Source of the DNA: Chlorokybus atmophyticus | Lineage: Eukaryota; Plantae; Mesostigma and Chlorokybus algae | Assembly (NCBI GenBank): GCA_009103225.1 | Contig: RHPI01000008.1 | Coordinates: 125,581-189,580, forward strand | Direction of reading: 5' to 3' | Length of the DNA: 64,000 nt | Shown: piece by piece, positions 41,001-54,100 of the stretch | Numbering within the stretch: the stretch's first letter is position 1 | How the letters are laid out: each line of letters begins with the position of its first letter | Made by a program: the position numbers and the translations under genes | The notes under the pieces: model-generated | Databases searched by the model: none | Seen by the model: the letters and a program-made list of their open reading frames with translations, nothing else | What the model was told of the DNA's origin: nothing

Positions 41001-42558
41001 GGTTTGCCAGCCCGTTGCTTGCTTGCTTGCTGTGTTTACTTGCTGATGCCGTATGTATTGCCATGCTACTTTGCCTTAACCATGACTAACGTGCCATGAT
41101 CACACACGTATGCATGTAATGCGCATGGGATGTCTCAAGAACTGCATCTTTTCGATTTGCTGCTCTTTTAGCACATGTGCACGCGTATTTACTTGGATGG
41201 AGCCCCCCTTTCTTTTCGAAAGCCCCACGCCCCTATTAAGAAAGCATAAAGTTTATTGCAATGCATACATCAAATGTGAACGAGGGAGGCCTATCAATAG
41301 GGGAGCTTCTCTTTTTATGAATACGGTACAACGCAATAAGTATTTGTTTTCATATCTTACCACGAACCTCAAATGCCCATATAAATAATATCATAAAGGT
41401 GTAGTGCATGCGGACATAAATTTACGCATTACATCTCAAAAGCCTTGATGTTGTTATTATGTAGCAATATTGTTGAAAGCTTGAATTCATGAAGGATTGT
41501 ATAGCATCACCTGCAATCATACCTATTATGTGGTATTGCTTTATGTGGCGTTGATCTTATGTTGCTAGATTCAAGATTGCATGGAATATTCTGCATTGTT
41601 GCCACTTTTACTGCAACAACTTTAACAGTTGTGCCCGTGACCTCCTCCCCCTCCCCCCCTCTCCTTCCCCCCTCCTATTCTCCAATTGTTTGGGGGGGGG
41701 GGGGGGGGNATTCAAGATTGCATGGAATATTCTGCATTGTTGCCACTTTTACTGCAACAACTTTAACAGTTGTGCCCGTGACCTCCTCCCCCTCCCCCCC
41801 TCTCCTTCCCCCCTCCTATTCTCCAATTGTTTGGGGGGGGGGGGGGGAGGAGGCATGTTGGCAAACATAACACCCCTCGTGAACAAAAGCGCAATGTGCA
41901 AACCAATGCAACATTTGCCAAGCAAGTGCGGAATTGGTTGTATGTTAATACGATGCAATGATAGTGGCCTGCAGATGCACTTTCTAGCTCGTGTCCTAGT
42001 GTACCGTGTCCTGATACTGTCTTTGCCTACGAACCAGCCAACCTGACATACCTCAGCAAATCATTGTGTGATACTACGTGAAAGTTGCTACACTGCGATC
42101 TTAACTTAATGGTCTGGTTGATGGCCTCACTGTCATTACGACCACATGCAAGTTGTGCATGTCTACACAATCTCTGCAGTTTCCTGTCAACACAGCACTC
42201 CAAGCAAGAGACCAAACCCAACCTTTTTGCATTTATTTGGCTGTGCTATGTCAAGATGTGCATTGCGCGTTGTTCTAGGGCATTGGTGCATGTGCAAACC
42301 CTCAGGCGTTTTCCACTCTCATTACAATGGTGCACGCGACAAGTTGACTGAGCTGGTTAATGAGGCTGCTGAGGCTTGACAGAAGCTGTCACCAGTTGGA
42401 TTGGCAGTCAAAGAGCACTGCAAATAACACATGGCAACATTGATACAAGTAGGACTGAGTTGAGGAATACAGCAAACCTGTACTGTACTCAAATGATGGC
42501 CAGGTACACATGCCCCACAAGGGCATGGTCCCGCAACATCGCGACAATATAGCCCCGC

Positions 42559-43808
42559 CTACAGACGGCGACCACGGCGACCACCCTTTCTGCGTGTGCT
42601 GTCGGTGGGGATAGGCGTGACATCCTCTGTGCATACCAGAACAGACAATCAGTGCCTGCTGATGAACCTCCTGAGCTGCATGCCTTAACAACAACAAAAC
42701 GAAACACACTCACCAATGCGACCAACTTTCATCCCTGAGCGAGCAAGCGCGCGAAGCGCAGACTGGGCACCAGGCCCAGGAGTCTTGGTCTTGTTGCCAC
42801 CGGTTGCGCGCAACTTGATGTGCAGGGCTGTAATGCCAATTTCCTGCAGGGCCAACAGTTTTGAGCAAACGCAGCTACACTTCAGGGCCCCTGCGCATGA
42901 TTTGCTCAAGTTAGACCTCAGGTTTTCAACAAAATCAGTACCTTGCACTTCTGGGCGACATCCTGGGCAGCAAGCATAGCCGCATAGGGAGAAGCCTCAT
43001 CGCGATCAGCCTTGACCTTCATGCCACCTAGAATTTCGCGAGGAGCAGTCAGTAGAGACCACTGCACTAGTGAAGAAGTATAACTTGCTCACTAAGAATG
43101 CTACACAGACTGCACGGACTATTCTGTGCCGACCTGCTTGCTGCGGTATAGCAGGCATATAACAACTCACCGGTCACGCGAGAAATGGTTTCCTTGCCAG
43201 AAAGATCCGTCACGTGCTGCAAGTGTGCTTACAGTGAGCACAAACTGGACACAAACGACGAATGTCGCCAACGTCTGTCTGCAACTCAACTGGCACTTAC
43301 CACGAAGGTGTCGTTGAACGAGGCGAAGATGTGTGCAACGCCAAAGACATGCTCGCCCTCACGGACGGTGGGCCCGAGAGTGACATTGTCCTCCTTGGGC
43401 TCGCGCACCTTTCCCTTCTTCGACTGAGACACAACAAACAACCCGATGTCGGCGGTTTGAGGAGTTTTTCCCAAAGTAATGCATCAATCGCGTAGAACCA
43501 TGAAGTGCGGTGCAATGGACACTACCGTAGCTGGCGACCATGCTACGTAACCCTACAAGCATGCTGCACCACACTACGGCTCAAGAGAAATTTGCTACAT
43601 GGTGATAATCTAACCAATACAAAAACGTAAGCAGCACAACAGTTGAAGCACTAAACCCTACCAACCACGCACTCCACATGCCAACCTCAAAGCCCGAGCC
43701 AATGCTTCAGTAGCAGCGGCAGCCAGGCCCAAGTCCCAGCCCTTGGAACAGACACAGCCACCAGGCCAGCGAACCACCATCCTAAGCACAACCGCAAGCA
43801 CTCACCAT
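42559..43808 (-). CDS. RPS14: 40S ribosomal protein S14 (uS11), 151 aa, 6 coding exons (the first is ATG only)
   Basis: M|[41 protein letters not shown]|[16 protein letters not shown]|[28 protein letters not shown]|[44 protein letters not shown]|[21 protein letters not shown]. Confidence 0.97.
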
Positions 43809-43893
43809 TTTAGAGGCGTAGTCCTTCGCGTCCCCGGCCTCGTCGACCTCCTCCTCCTCGACGGCGGCGGCGGCGGCGGCAGCGGCCGGGCGC

Positions 43894-43901
43894 TAGGGTT
43901 T
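43894..43901 (-). promoter_or_regulatory. Telo-box AAACCCTA in the RPS14 5' leader (a second one lies in intron 1 at 43653-43660)
   Basis: Exact motif. Telo-boxes are typical of plant ribosomal protein genes. Confidence 0.6.
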
Positions 43902-44191
43902 CGCCGCCGCAGGCAAAAGGACCAAACAATGCCGGCGGCGCGAGGGTTTGGCTCTGCGCCGGGGAAGGATGCCCGCCCGCAACTATCCTGTGGCAGTTCG
44001 CAGTGCGCGTTGCTGATCGGGGTCTAAAACGAGCGGGAAAGAGGGTTGGATATGGATTTGGTCGACCAGGGTTGGTGAACCCGGGTCCAGTCATGTGACT
44101 TGCTTTTTCGCTTTTTTGATATTCTCTTTCAGTGCTTTGCCCAGTCAATGCGGCTTATTGCGTTCGCTGACCAGGCCGCGCAAAGAATCAG

Positions 44192-44235
44192 ACCAGGCCA
44201 GGCCAGGCCAAGCTAGGCTAGGCCAGGCCAGGCCA
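44192..44235. repeat. (AGGCC)n-like pentamer tract in the RPS14/rhomboid divergent promoter
   Basis: accaggccaggccaggccaagctaggctaggccaggccaggcca. Confidence 0.75.
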
Positions 44236-44471
44236 TACACCAGGCTGGGGTCAGGCCACACCAGGGGAGAAATAGGCCTTTTTACAGGGCTAAAGGTCGC
44301 TGGCGCAGAGAGATGGGATAAGCCTACGTAGCATCACCAGAGCCTGTGTGGTGTGAGGAAAAGATGGTCAGGCGTTACGCAGTGTTGTAGTGGTGGTAGT
44401 GTGACTGCCAACATTATCCGCAATTGTAGTGTGTATCATATAGCACTAGATATCGAACCTGCAGGCGTGTG

Positions 44472-46561
44472 ATGCCTCGCATTGCGCCATGGGAGCCTCC
44501 GGAGGTGAGTTGGATTGAGGAGATGATGTCTCACACACTTGTTGAGGGGTTGCGGTGATGGCAAATGTCTTTCACTACCACCTTCAACAAGGGACTCGCC
44601 TTACGGTTGACTAAGCGATGATGATGACGCACAAGACAACGTTTGATCTGAAGAAACGCACTTGTGTTGGTGCAACAAAAAGGAAATTGTTGTTGGTTGG
44701 ACACGTAACACCCGTTGCAACAACAGCCGCATGTGATATAGCAGTGGCTGTGTGTGGAGGTCTGCCTATGTGCGCAAGCGTAGTGACATACAACAACAAT
44801 TTGAGGTTGTGGATGTTGTTGTTGTGTCGCAGGGATGGACGCTGCCGCCGACGCCCAAGTACATGAAGTCGCGACGACCGATCTTCTGCTGGCTCTTCAC
44901 ACTGGCGTGCTGCGGCTGCTTCATCATGGAGTTCGGAGTCGCTGGATGGCAAATTGAATCTGCCGCTGCCAACCCTATGCTCGGTATGCGCGATCCCATG
45001 CACTCGCATAAGCATACACGCACGCGCGCATCACACGCACTCACGTGCATGTATGCACACACGCGCACAAGCATGCAACCACACACGCGCGCGTGTACAC
45101 ATGTACGTGCACGCACACATGCAAGCAGGCACGCACCCAGGCACGCCAATGCACGCGCTAAGGCAAGCACGCATGCGGCTGTATGTAGTACAACACGTGT
45201 TGCTCAAATCAAATCAACACATCAGGGCCTGCGATATCATCACTTGTGAAGGCTGGTGCCAAGTACACGCCGCTCATTGTAGAGAAGAAACAAGTCTGGA
45301 GACTGGTAAGTGTATGTAGGCTGGACTGTGTCAGGTGTGACTTGTGTATGCGAGCGAGTTTGAGTAACAGTACATATGTGAGTATGCGCCTGCACGAAAA
45401 TGGTTGTTACCATAAAACCGTTTGTGTACCTGCGGCAGATGACTTGCGTGTTTCTGCACACTGGCATCATACACATCGTTCTGAATCTGCTGCTGCTGCA
45501 CCGCTTCGGCACGCCCTTTGAACAAGACCACGGAGGTGAGAGAGAGAGTGGTTTATGGAGACACACGCATGTGTGACCGTGAGCACACCAAGATATAAAA
45601 ACCTTGCACACATGCACACGCATGGCGATTTAGCGCATCACTGATGCTACCTCATGTGCAGTGTACAGGACAGGTGCTATACTGTTGGTTTCTGGGGCGT
45701 GTGCGTCGCTGTCATCGGCACTATTCTTGCCCCAGCAAGTGACTGTCGGGGCCTCGGGAGCGCTCTTCGGGATGATTGGTAAGCAAAAGTTGATAACCAG
45801 CTTCATGATAGTAGCCACATATGCTGTGCAGTATATGCGCATGAACTTCTGATGGTCCGCTTGCAGGGGCCTTTTGGGGGGAGCTCATTCACAACTACGA
45901 TAGGGTGCCCGACAAGTTGAAGCAGTCGATCATGCTCGCAATTGCCACGCTGATGAATCTCATCATCGGCTTGCTGCCGGTACGCTTGTGATTACTGGCA
46001 CTGTGTACTGTCCTTGACAAGAGCTTAACGTAGATTCACACGCACACTAACTTCCATGAACTGTCCAACAGGGCATGGACAACTTTGCGCATGTCGGCGG
46101 CCTACTTGCTGGCATTCTCATGGGCATGGTTGTGCTCGTGCGAAGAAGGTGGGTGGATATGCTTATTGCAAGAGACAACAAGCACCAAGCCATGGGTCTG
46201 GTTGACAGAAACTTGACACAACAACTTGTGTGGTTGGTTTGCAGGAGGTCTGTGCGGTACCAGTGGGGTGTGGTTTTGGGGTGTGCGGGAGTATTGTTGC
46301 TTTTCTTTATTGTTGGCTTGGCGCTGTTGTTCTATCAGGTGAGTGATCCACACACATCTGCAGTGCACCCTTCTTGGATGCAAACTGTGTGCATGGGTGA
46401 AGATACTGCAGGTACGTTCTAATGTACACGAACCCCATTCATGATCAGGTGAATGTAAATGGTTGGTGCACCCCGTGTCGGTACATCGGTTGCGTGCCCA
46501 CTCCCTGGTGGAAATGCAGTTATGATCAAGGTGAGAGCTCATATCGATCAGTGATGAATTG
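44472..46561 (+). CDS. Rhomboid-like intramembrane serine protease (plant RBL type); first exon tentative
   Basis: QVWRL|MTCVFLHTGIIHIVLN, VGASGALFG (catalytic Ser), MDNFAHVGGLLAG (catalytic His), and the C-terminal WCTPCRYIGCVPTPWWKC Cys motif of plant RBLs. Confidence 0.88.
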
Positions 46562-47105
46562 AGTCTTAAACAGTTGCGACAGTGTACAAACACATTGAAC
46601 TCACAACCTTCTGCACTCGTAGGGAAGGAGAGCCCTCCACCACCCAGCATCAATAGCTCGGGCAGTGCATCATCGGCACTTAGCAGTAATGATACTTCTG
46701 CTGACATACATCATAGACTGTGCTACTTGTAAGTTGCATTATCCTTAGAGCATATGCGCTCATGGTGGTGTGGCACAATTGTGGCACAGTTGTCTATATC
46801 TAGTGGCCGATACTGGTGCATTGCTGGTATCCAGTGCGGCGCCATGCCCCCATCCTCATGACCATATCCACAGAGCAACTTTTGTGTTGAAGGCGGTGAT
46901 GAAACCCTTGAAGCAACGTGAGGACACGAGATACGTATGGCTTGGCTAACTTTGTTAACGCCTTACGGCACACTTGTCACAAGCTGACCATGAAGCTTAT
47001 GTTACACATTGCTGGCATACCGCTGACTTGTTTGCAAGCAGCAATGTGCGCACACATCTGTTGGGCTTATATTGCAAGCATAATTACAGAGTTGTTTATT
47101 GCTAG

Positions 47106-48877
47106 TCATCTCACACTATTACTTCTCGCGCGCTGCTCTTGTTGTTGCTGCTGCTGTTGGTGGCCGTTGAAGCCTTCCAGCAGGTCCACATACTCGCCGG
47201 GTGGCCGACCCGGGATATCGGAGGTGACTCTGAACACCTCAGGATGACGCCGCAGCAGCGTCGCCAGCTTGCCCCACGGCCAGCGCCGCTGCTGTTCGGG
47301 ACCGCCAGTAGACTGCTCTTCGGAATGATGCAGCTGCAAAGCGATGCATTTTGCTCTGTGACTCAAGTCCGGGTATCTGTCAATTAGCTGCAGACAAACA
47401 GCGCACGTAAGCCGTCAATAACTCGCATTTGTGTTACTAAATTCGAGTTTCATGCACAACAGTCTGTGCCTCTGATATATGTGCGCGCATGCCCGCACAC
47501 ACGCGCGCACGTGCGCGCACGCATCTGTGTGCTGCCTGCATGTCAGCATGTTACACAATGGACACCGCATACCTTGCGTCCAATGTCGCTGACCAACACA
47601 TACTGTCCTGGCGGCTCTCGCGCCGCGAGCACGTCGCGAACAACGGACACAATCTCCAGCTCTACCTCTGGCTGTGCATCCTGTGTAGCTGAAGGGTACG
47701 ACGGTCGTGCTTTGGATGCGGAAGAATGCCGCACCCTTTCGGTAGAGGCGGGCTTGCTCTTGCCGGGGCGCGGTGCGGATGTGGACTTGCGAGGCGCCTC
47801 GTGATCCACATCAGAGTGACTACTATCCAACAGAGTGTCATCTCTTGTTACATGTGTAGCAGTACAGTCACAACCACTTGTGACTGTATGCAAGGTGCAA
47901 TAGGCTTACTCTGCAGGATGCGCAGGAGCAGGGGTTTCCGGCTCCTCCAGCTTTCGTTTCTTTGGCCCTCGCTTCCGCACAGCTGAGCCGCTTTGCGGTC
48001 TTTCAATGGGCAGCAGAAAATAGAAACTCTGATCTCCGATCTCAATCAAATCCTGCAGCACGTGGTTGCATGCATGATTGAATAATCATGCATGAAAGTG
48101 AAATGCGGGCATGTTAACAGGCGACACCCACACATGAACTCACAAGTGCCTACCTGACTCTGCAACTTCACTATGCTGCCAACAGCGTGGATATTGCCTG
48201 ACACGCGCACACCGTTTTTACCAAGAACTTCAAGCTCAAAACGCCCCTGCGACCACACATTTGTAAAATGGGACAAGCAACAGGGCACAGCTGCAATTGT
48301 TGTGTTCAGTAGAAGCCACTGCATGCCCAGCCAAGCTTAGAGGCTGCGAAGAGTCACATCACAACCGCTATGAACATTGACGCTGTCCCACACGCCACAC
48401 AATGTGAAGCTTGCACAATATCTTGCTTGTAAGGACGACCGAAAGATGTCTGCTGTAGTCCACTGGCTGGTGAGATGACAACCGACAACCCAACTACGAC
48501 CACTCACCTGCAACCTTGCATACAGTGGCAGAATGCATACAAAATGCAATGACTTGTACAACGATAGTGGAAACACAACCAAAACATAACTTAGTAAATG
48601 AGGTTCTGGCATGCAATTAGTAAACAAGAGACTTGTGTACCTTCTCAAAGTTATATACAATCTTCGCATGCTGTCTTGATATGTTCATGCCTTGACCAAG
48701 GTCAACGTCAACTAAGTTACTCTTGGAATGCCTCCCGACGATGGCTCCATACTTTCTCAAGAAAATCTCTCTGTCTGCAAAGACGAGCTTAGCAAACCCT
48801 GCACGGGGCTCGTCTGAAAGGCTTCCCCCTCCTGCCCCATTGTGTTCTGTCCCATTTGCGTTGCCGTTGACGGCCAT
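47106..48877 (-). CDS. FHA-domain nuclear protein, similar to plant FHA1/FHA2
   Basis: RAGFAKL...IVGRHSKSNLVDVDL...MNISRQHAKIVYNFEK|GRFELEVLGKNGV...LQSQ|DLIEIGDQSFYFLLP. The C-terminal PWGKLATLLRRHPEVF matches the plant FHA2 C-terminal block as recalled. Confidence 0.85.
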
Positions 48878-51197
48878 GTGTGTTCCTCCACTTTCAACCA
48901 CCTTGGCTATCTCATTACAAACTACGCACACGCACTTCCCACAGGCCTTCAGTAACCTCTAAGTTGGCTCCACAGTGGCTCCACTTCAACACACAGCAAG
49001 TTGCCTAATAAGCAGACCCAACTGCGACATGGAGCACTAGAGAGAGCACAGCAAATACACGCCTGGCCGCAGAAGAATTTAAACTATGCAAGACGAAACC
49101 ACAAGCGCCCACCGTCCCGCTCCCGCCAACCCCGCCGCTACCTTTGCCGCCGCCGCCTCCCTGCGGAACCCTAATTTGCTGCCAGCTGGCGCAGGTTGCT
49201 TAGCCGTTTGGCTCACAACCGTCAATCCCGTCAGCTCAACTCCGTCCAGTAACTGAACTCTAGGCAAACAACGGGTTACTTAACGGGACGCATTTCAGCT
49301 TGACCATGGGTACAAATCTCCTGTTAACCCCAGCTGGTTACCACCGGCATGCGTCACATAAACGTTGTGACACCAAACCGCTTGGTCAGATTTATTAACA
49401 CTGAGTTGCTTAACTGACTGAGGGCCTGCATTGAACGGCAATCTGCAATGCACCGCGGCGGCTTACACAGCTGGCACTCTAGGTCATGCCAGCTGTCAGT
49501 GTGGCAGTTGCACTGCCAAGCTTTCGACGATCTGTCAAGTCTGCGTTTCCCGAGTTCAACATTTCCCGTTCAACCAATCAATTAGCAGTCAATGTCAACC
49601 CTGAATCGGCAACCATCAGAGTGTGCATGAAGCCTCCTGCTTCACCACGATGTTAATGGGCTCGAATTCAAAAAATGCATGCCACTCTGCTTCACAACAT
49701 GTAAACTGCACAAACGCTATGCAACAATGCATCATTGATGATATTAATTGGTTGCTGTGGTTTGAGACGACGTCGCATTGCAACTTTCAATGCCACAGGG
49801 CAGCCTTTGCTTCAGAAGTTTTCAGCTAGATTTCTATTTTTAAAACAGTGATGATAAAGTGCCTTGGTTTTTAACGTACAATTTGTTTATTAACGGCAGA
49901 TCGTTGCACTGGTTGTTATTTGACCCCTTGACCGCACGCGTTCATGAGCTTTGCAATGTGTTTGGGTAATTGTCTGTATGACACCGTGAGCATTGATAAG
50001 TTAAGTACATATATAAATAAGCAACAACATAAACGTATTATTATATTTCATTTCATGACACCCCCTTACTTATTTATTCAAAGCCTTCACCTATGCAAAG
50101 AGTGGGGATTCAATTTAGAGTCCATATATATCAAAGTAACTGTTGCGCCAGATAGAGCCCTTAAGGCAAAAAAGGATGGAAGGGGGGGGGGGGGGGGGGN
50201 NNNNNNNNNNNNNNNNNNNNNNNNNNNNNNNNNNNNNNNNNNNNNNNNNNNNNNNNNNNNNNNNNNNNNNNNNNNNNNNNNNNNNNNNNNNNNNNNNNNN
50301 NNNNNNNNNNNNNNNNNNNNNNNNNNNNNNNNNNNNNNNNNNNNNNNNNNNNNNNNNNNNNNNNNNNNNNNNNNNNNNNNNNNNNNNNNNNNNNNNNNNN
50401 NNNNNNNNNNNNNNNNNNNNNNNNNNNNNNNNNNNNNNNNNNNNNNNNNNNNNNNNNNNNNNNNNNNNNNNNNNNNNNNNNNNNNNNNNNNNNNNNNNNN
50501 NNNNNNNNNNNNNNNNNNNNNNNNNNNNNNNNNNNNNNNNNNNNNNNNNNNNNNNNNNNNNNNNNNNNNNNNNNNNNNNNNNNNNNNNNNNNNGGGGGGG
50601 GGGTATATTACAAGAAACGTCGTTAAACCAACATGAGGCTTTTTTGTGTAATGGGTCACTTAGCACCACCTGAACAAACGCCGTGCCTCATCTGCAAGTA
50701 TACACCTATGCAGCAATTGCCAAACAGGGCCAGTGTTGTATGCCTTCTTTTTGATGGAGGCTGCGTCCAATACGAGCGCTACCGCATCCCCAACTCTACA
50801 GTACTATCAGCTTACAGGGAACCATCATCGCCTACCGACTTGAAAAATGATTTGACACACAAACACAACACGACTTACTAACAGACTATTTTACTCCCCC
50901 ACCCCACCCCTAAAACTACCCGCCCACCCACCACCACGCACGTGCCGCACATTACACTGCTATGGAAACGGGCAGCACACCATGCACTCATCGCAATGCA
51001 CAAGGCCAGCATGCATTGCGACCAAGGACATACCAAAAAATATTATCCAGAATTCCCACTTACGCGCACAACGAGACAAACAACACTTTCAATGTTGGAG
51101 TGGTAACCAACAGCGTGTCAAGATACTGACATAATATAAATAACCAACTGTTGATAAGTCACGCACGCCACAACCAGTAGCTATCCCTATACCAAAA

Positions 51198-54100
51198 CTA
51201 CACAACTTGCGCAGCAGCAGCATCCGAGTTGCACAGCTGCGCCAGCCACTGCGTGTACTGCGTGTAGTTCTCCAGCGTGCGGGCGACGTTCTTCTCACCT
51301 CCCAACCTGACGCCCACACGCGCAATCATCTCAACCTTGCCCACATTGTCCCCTCCCTCTGCCTCGGCGCATGCGAGGACAAACATGGCGGCAGAGTCAG
51401 GGAGGCGTGCTTTCTGTAGTGCATTGAGTGCATCGGGAAGTGCGTTGGCAACGGCAAAGAGTGAAAGTGCACGCCATAAGTCATTCTGCTTGGCGAGGAC
51501 GTGTGCGGCCCATCGCATGAGGACGCGTGCGCGGGCAGGTCCAACTAAAGACGAGGCTGCGAGGATGGCGGCGTCCTGCCACCTCCCGGCATCTTGTAAC
51601 TGCGCGCACGCCTCGCCGTAGCGCCCCACGCTGCACATCAGCTGCGCTGCCGCGAGGGTTTCCCCCGCGCTCGCGAGGTTGGCCGCCACCACCTTCACCG
51701 CGCGGTCCTGCAGGGCCGGGGACACCGCTGATGCAAGAGCCAACGCACGCATGGCATCCAATGCGAAGGCCGCGCGGTCCGGGGTGTCTGGTGTCGTGTC
51801 GAGGAGGAGCTCCACCGCCGCCTCGTATGCACCGCACGTCACGTGCTCCTGCACACGCCTCTGCATGACATCTCTCGACAACGCCGCTCCTGCCACGGAC
51901 GCCGTGGCCGCTGATGACGCTATCCCCGCCAACCGCCCGTGCACCTCCGCCCTTGCCTCCGCCCCCGCCAACAACGCCCACCTGCTGCACCACACCGGCG
52001 ACATCATCCCCGCCATCCCCCCTCCCAACGCCGAATTCACTGAAGAAAGCTCAAACTTCTTCCTAGTCCCGTGTCTTCCACCCTGTGACTTCACCATCTC
52101 TCCCGCCGACTCACCGCTCGCAGTTGTTGTTGGCTCATTGACAATGTCGTCCTCATCCTTCTCCTGCTCCAGCTCGCGGCCGCAAGCGAGGGCGTGCGGG
52201 AGGTCTCGCCAGAACGCGGCCTCGCCGGCATCTCCAGCATAGGCGGCGGCGACGGCGCATCGGGCAGAGGTGCCATGGGAAACGCATGTGGCGTAGTGGG
52301 CGAGGGAGTCCTCGTCGATGAGGCGGCCCGCCGCGCGCTGCGTGCGCAGCGCGCCCACGAGCGTGGCGAGAGAGGCGCCGTCCTCGAGGAGCGCGCCATC
52401 GGAGTCCCGCAGAGACACGCGCTGCATGAGTGCAGTAATGTCAGTGTTGTTAGTGTTGGTGCTGGCGTCGCTCGTGTTGTTGTTGAAGGCGGCGGGATCC
52501 ACGCCTCGCTGCATGAGCAGTCGAAGAGCGAGTGCGTGCGAGGGCGGGAGGAGGGACGGCGCCGTGAACGGCGAGAGGTGAAGCCACTCTGGCCCACCTC
52601 CCCCGCGAAGCCTATTCCCGGCTGAGGCGGGCGTGCCGGGCTTCTTCTGACTACTACTTGAGTTGCTGTGGTTGTGTGATGACGTGAGGTGCATTGCCAC
52701 AAGGCGCACACACCCATCCACGCCGGCGACCACGAGTTGAGCATCGTTGCTGTTGGCGGGCAGGGAAGGTGAGTGTAATGTTGCCACCCACGCTGCATCC
52801 ACGCAGGCGACTCCAAGTTGTCTCGCGAGTGGGCCGCAGACAAGGTCGCCCGCGTCGAGGTTGTAGACGGCGCAATCGCCAGAGGCGAAACGTACGAGGG
52901 CGAGTCCGCGCGACTCTGCGACGGCGACGGGAAGAGGCGCGAGCTCGATGGCACGGACGGCGCTGCGGACCCCCGTGGACACGGACGACCACGCCCCCGT
53001 GCGTACGTCCCAACAGCTCACGCCGCCGGCCCCGTCGCCCATCGCCACGTGGGCACCCCGGAACGCCATCGCCGTGACCACCTGCTCGCCCAACCCGAAG
53101 GCCGAGGGCGCCACGGGCCGCGCGTCGCGCATCCTCCGGCCTCCTGCCAATGCAAACACGCCGATGCCACCATCCACGAGTGCAAAGGCGAACCTCTCCT
53201 CCTTGCTGTTGTTGGCCGGGACGCCAATGCTGTTGTTGTCTGTGTCGGTCCCGCGGAGGAGGACGGGTGGAGGGGGCAGCTGCCACTCGAGAACAGAGAA
53301 GGGTAGGTTGAGGGCGCGTACGAGCTCGGGTTTGGCATTGGCGTTGGTATAGCCGTCGGAGTTGGGTGAGTGGAGGTGCCACACCTCCGCGGGGACGTTG
53401 TGCGTGAACAGGAAGACGGCGCTGCGGCCAGAGGCGGACACCTTCACGCTGGCCACATGGCCGCGATCGCGCGCGCTGCCGGCATCCTTGCGCAGGTGAC
53501 GCAGCGGCTGCGACCGCCCCGTGCGCAGGTCCGTCAGGAAGAAGTGGTTCACGTACGTGCCCTCCGCCCCCGCGCGCGACTCCAGGTAGCTCGCGGACAG
53601 CACGCGGCTCGGACCCGCCCACACCACATCCACCACGGCTGCACCCGGCGGGTGACCAACCAAAAATGTCCCCGCCACCGCCAGACCAGCCGGCAAGTCC
53701 AACAACTCCACCGTTCCCGCCCTCGTGCCCACCGCCGCCAGCTGGCCCCATCCATCCCCACCCCCACCTCCACCTCCTCCTCCCTCACCTCCCATCACAT
53801 ACAAGTCTGGCAGCGCTGGCGTCCTCGGCAGTGCCACGCAAGTGGCTCCCGCCGACAGATGGTGCGTCAACCCCACCAAAGACATCAACACTTTGCCTTT
53901 GGGATTCGTGACATCGGATAATACCTTCCAGTGCCACACGCGGGCGTCATCCGTGACGGCCAGGAGGACGTCGCCGTGGTGGTTGTCTAAGGGAGGCTGG
54001 TGAAGGGCGGCGGCAATGAGGCGAGGCTGCTGTGAGGGCTTGGCTAGTGACGTGAGCAACGGGCCAGAGTGCCGAAGCGCCAGCTGCTGCTGTTGTTTGT

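Noticed and set aside
41569-41849. 141-bp exact tandem duplication
   Set aside because: The two copies are joined by a single N after poly-G, typical of an unmerged contig overlap.
42627-43805. Intronic snoRNAs in RPS14
   Set aside because: No C box (RTGATGA) was seen on reading intron 1; the other introns are short and were not scanned exhaustively. A covariance-model scan was not run.
49467-49496. 10-bp inverted repeat ACAGCTGGCA..TGCCAGCTGT
   Set aside because: Single short instance, no CTRR end or other transposon hallmark; compatible with chance.
49944-50170. IFHFMTPPYLFIQSLHLCKEWGF, faintly like the MT-A70 methyltransferase FLWVT...WGF motif
   Set aside because: Spacing is off, the conserved Trp is missing, there is no DPPW motif, and the sequence is AT-rich and runs into a gap. 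An HMM search would be needed to revive it.
51207-54003. Many 100-365 aa ORFs overlapping the WDR11 last exon; likewise 62255-63103 over ARPC4
   Set aside because: Shadow frames of GC-rich coding DNA.
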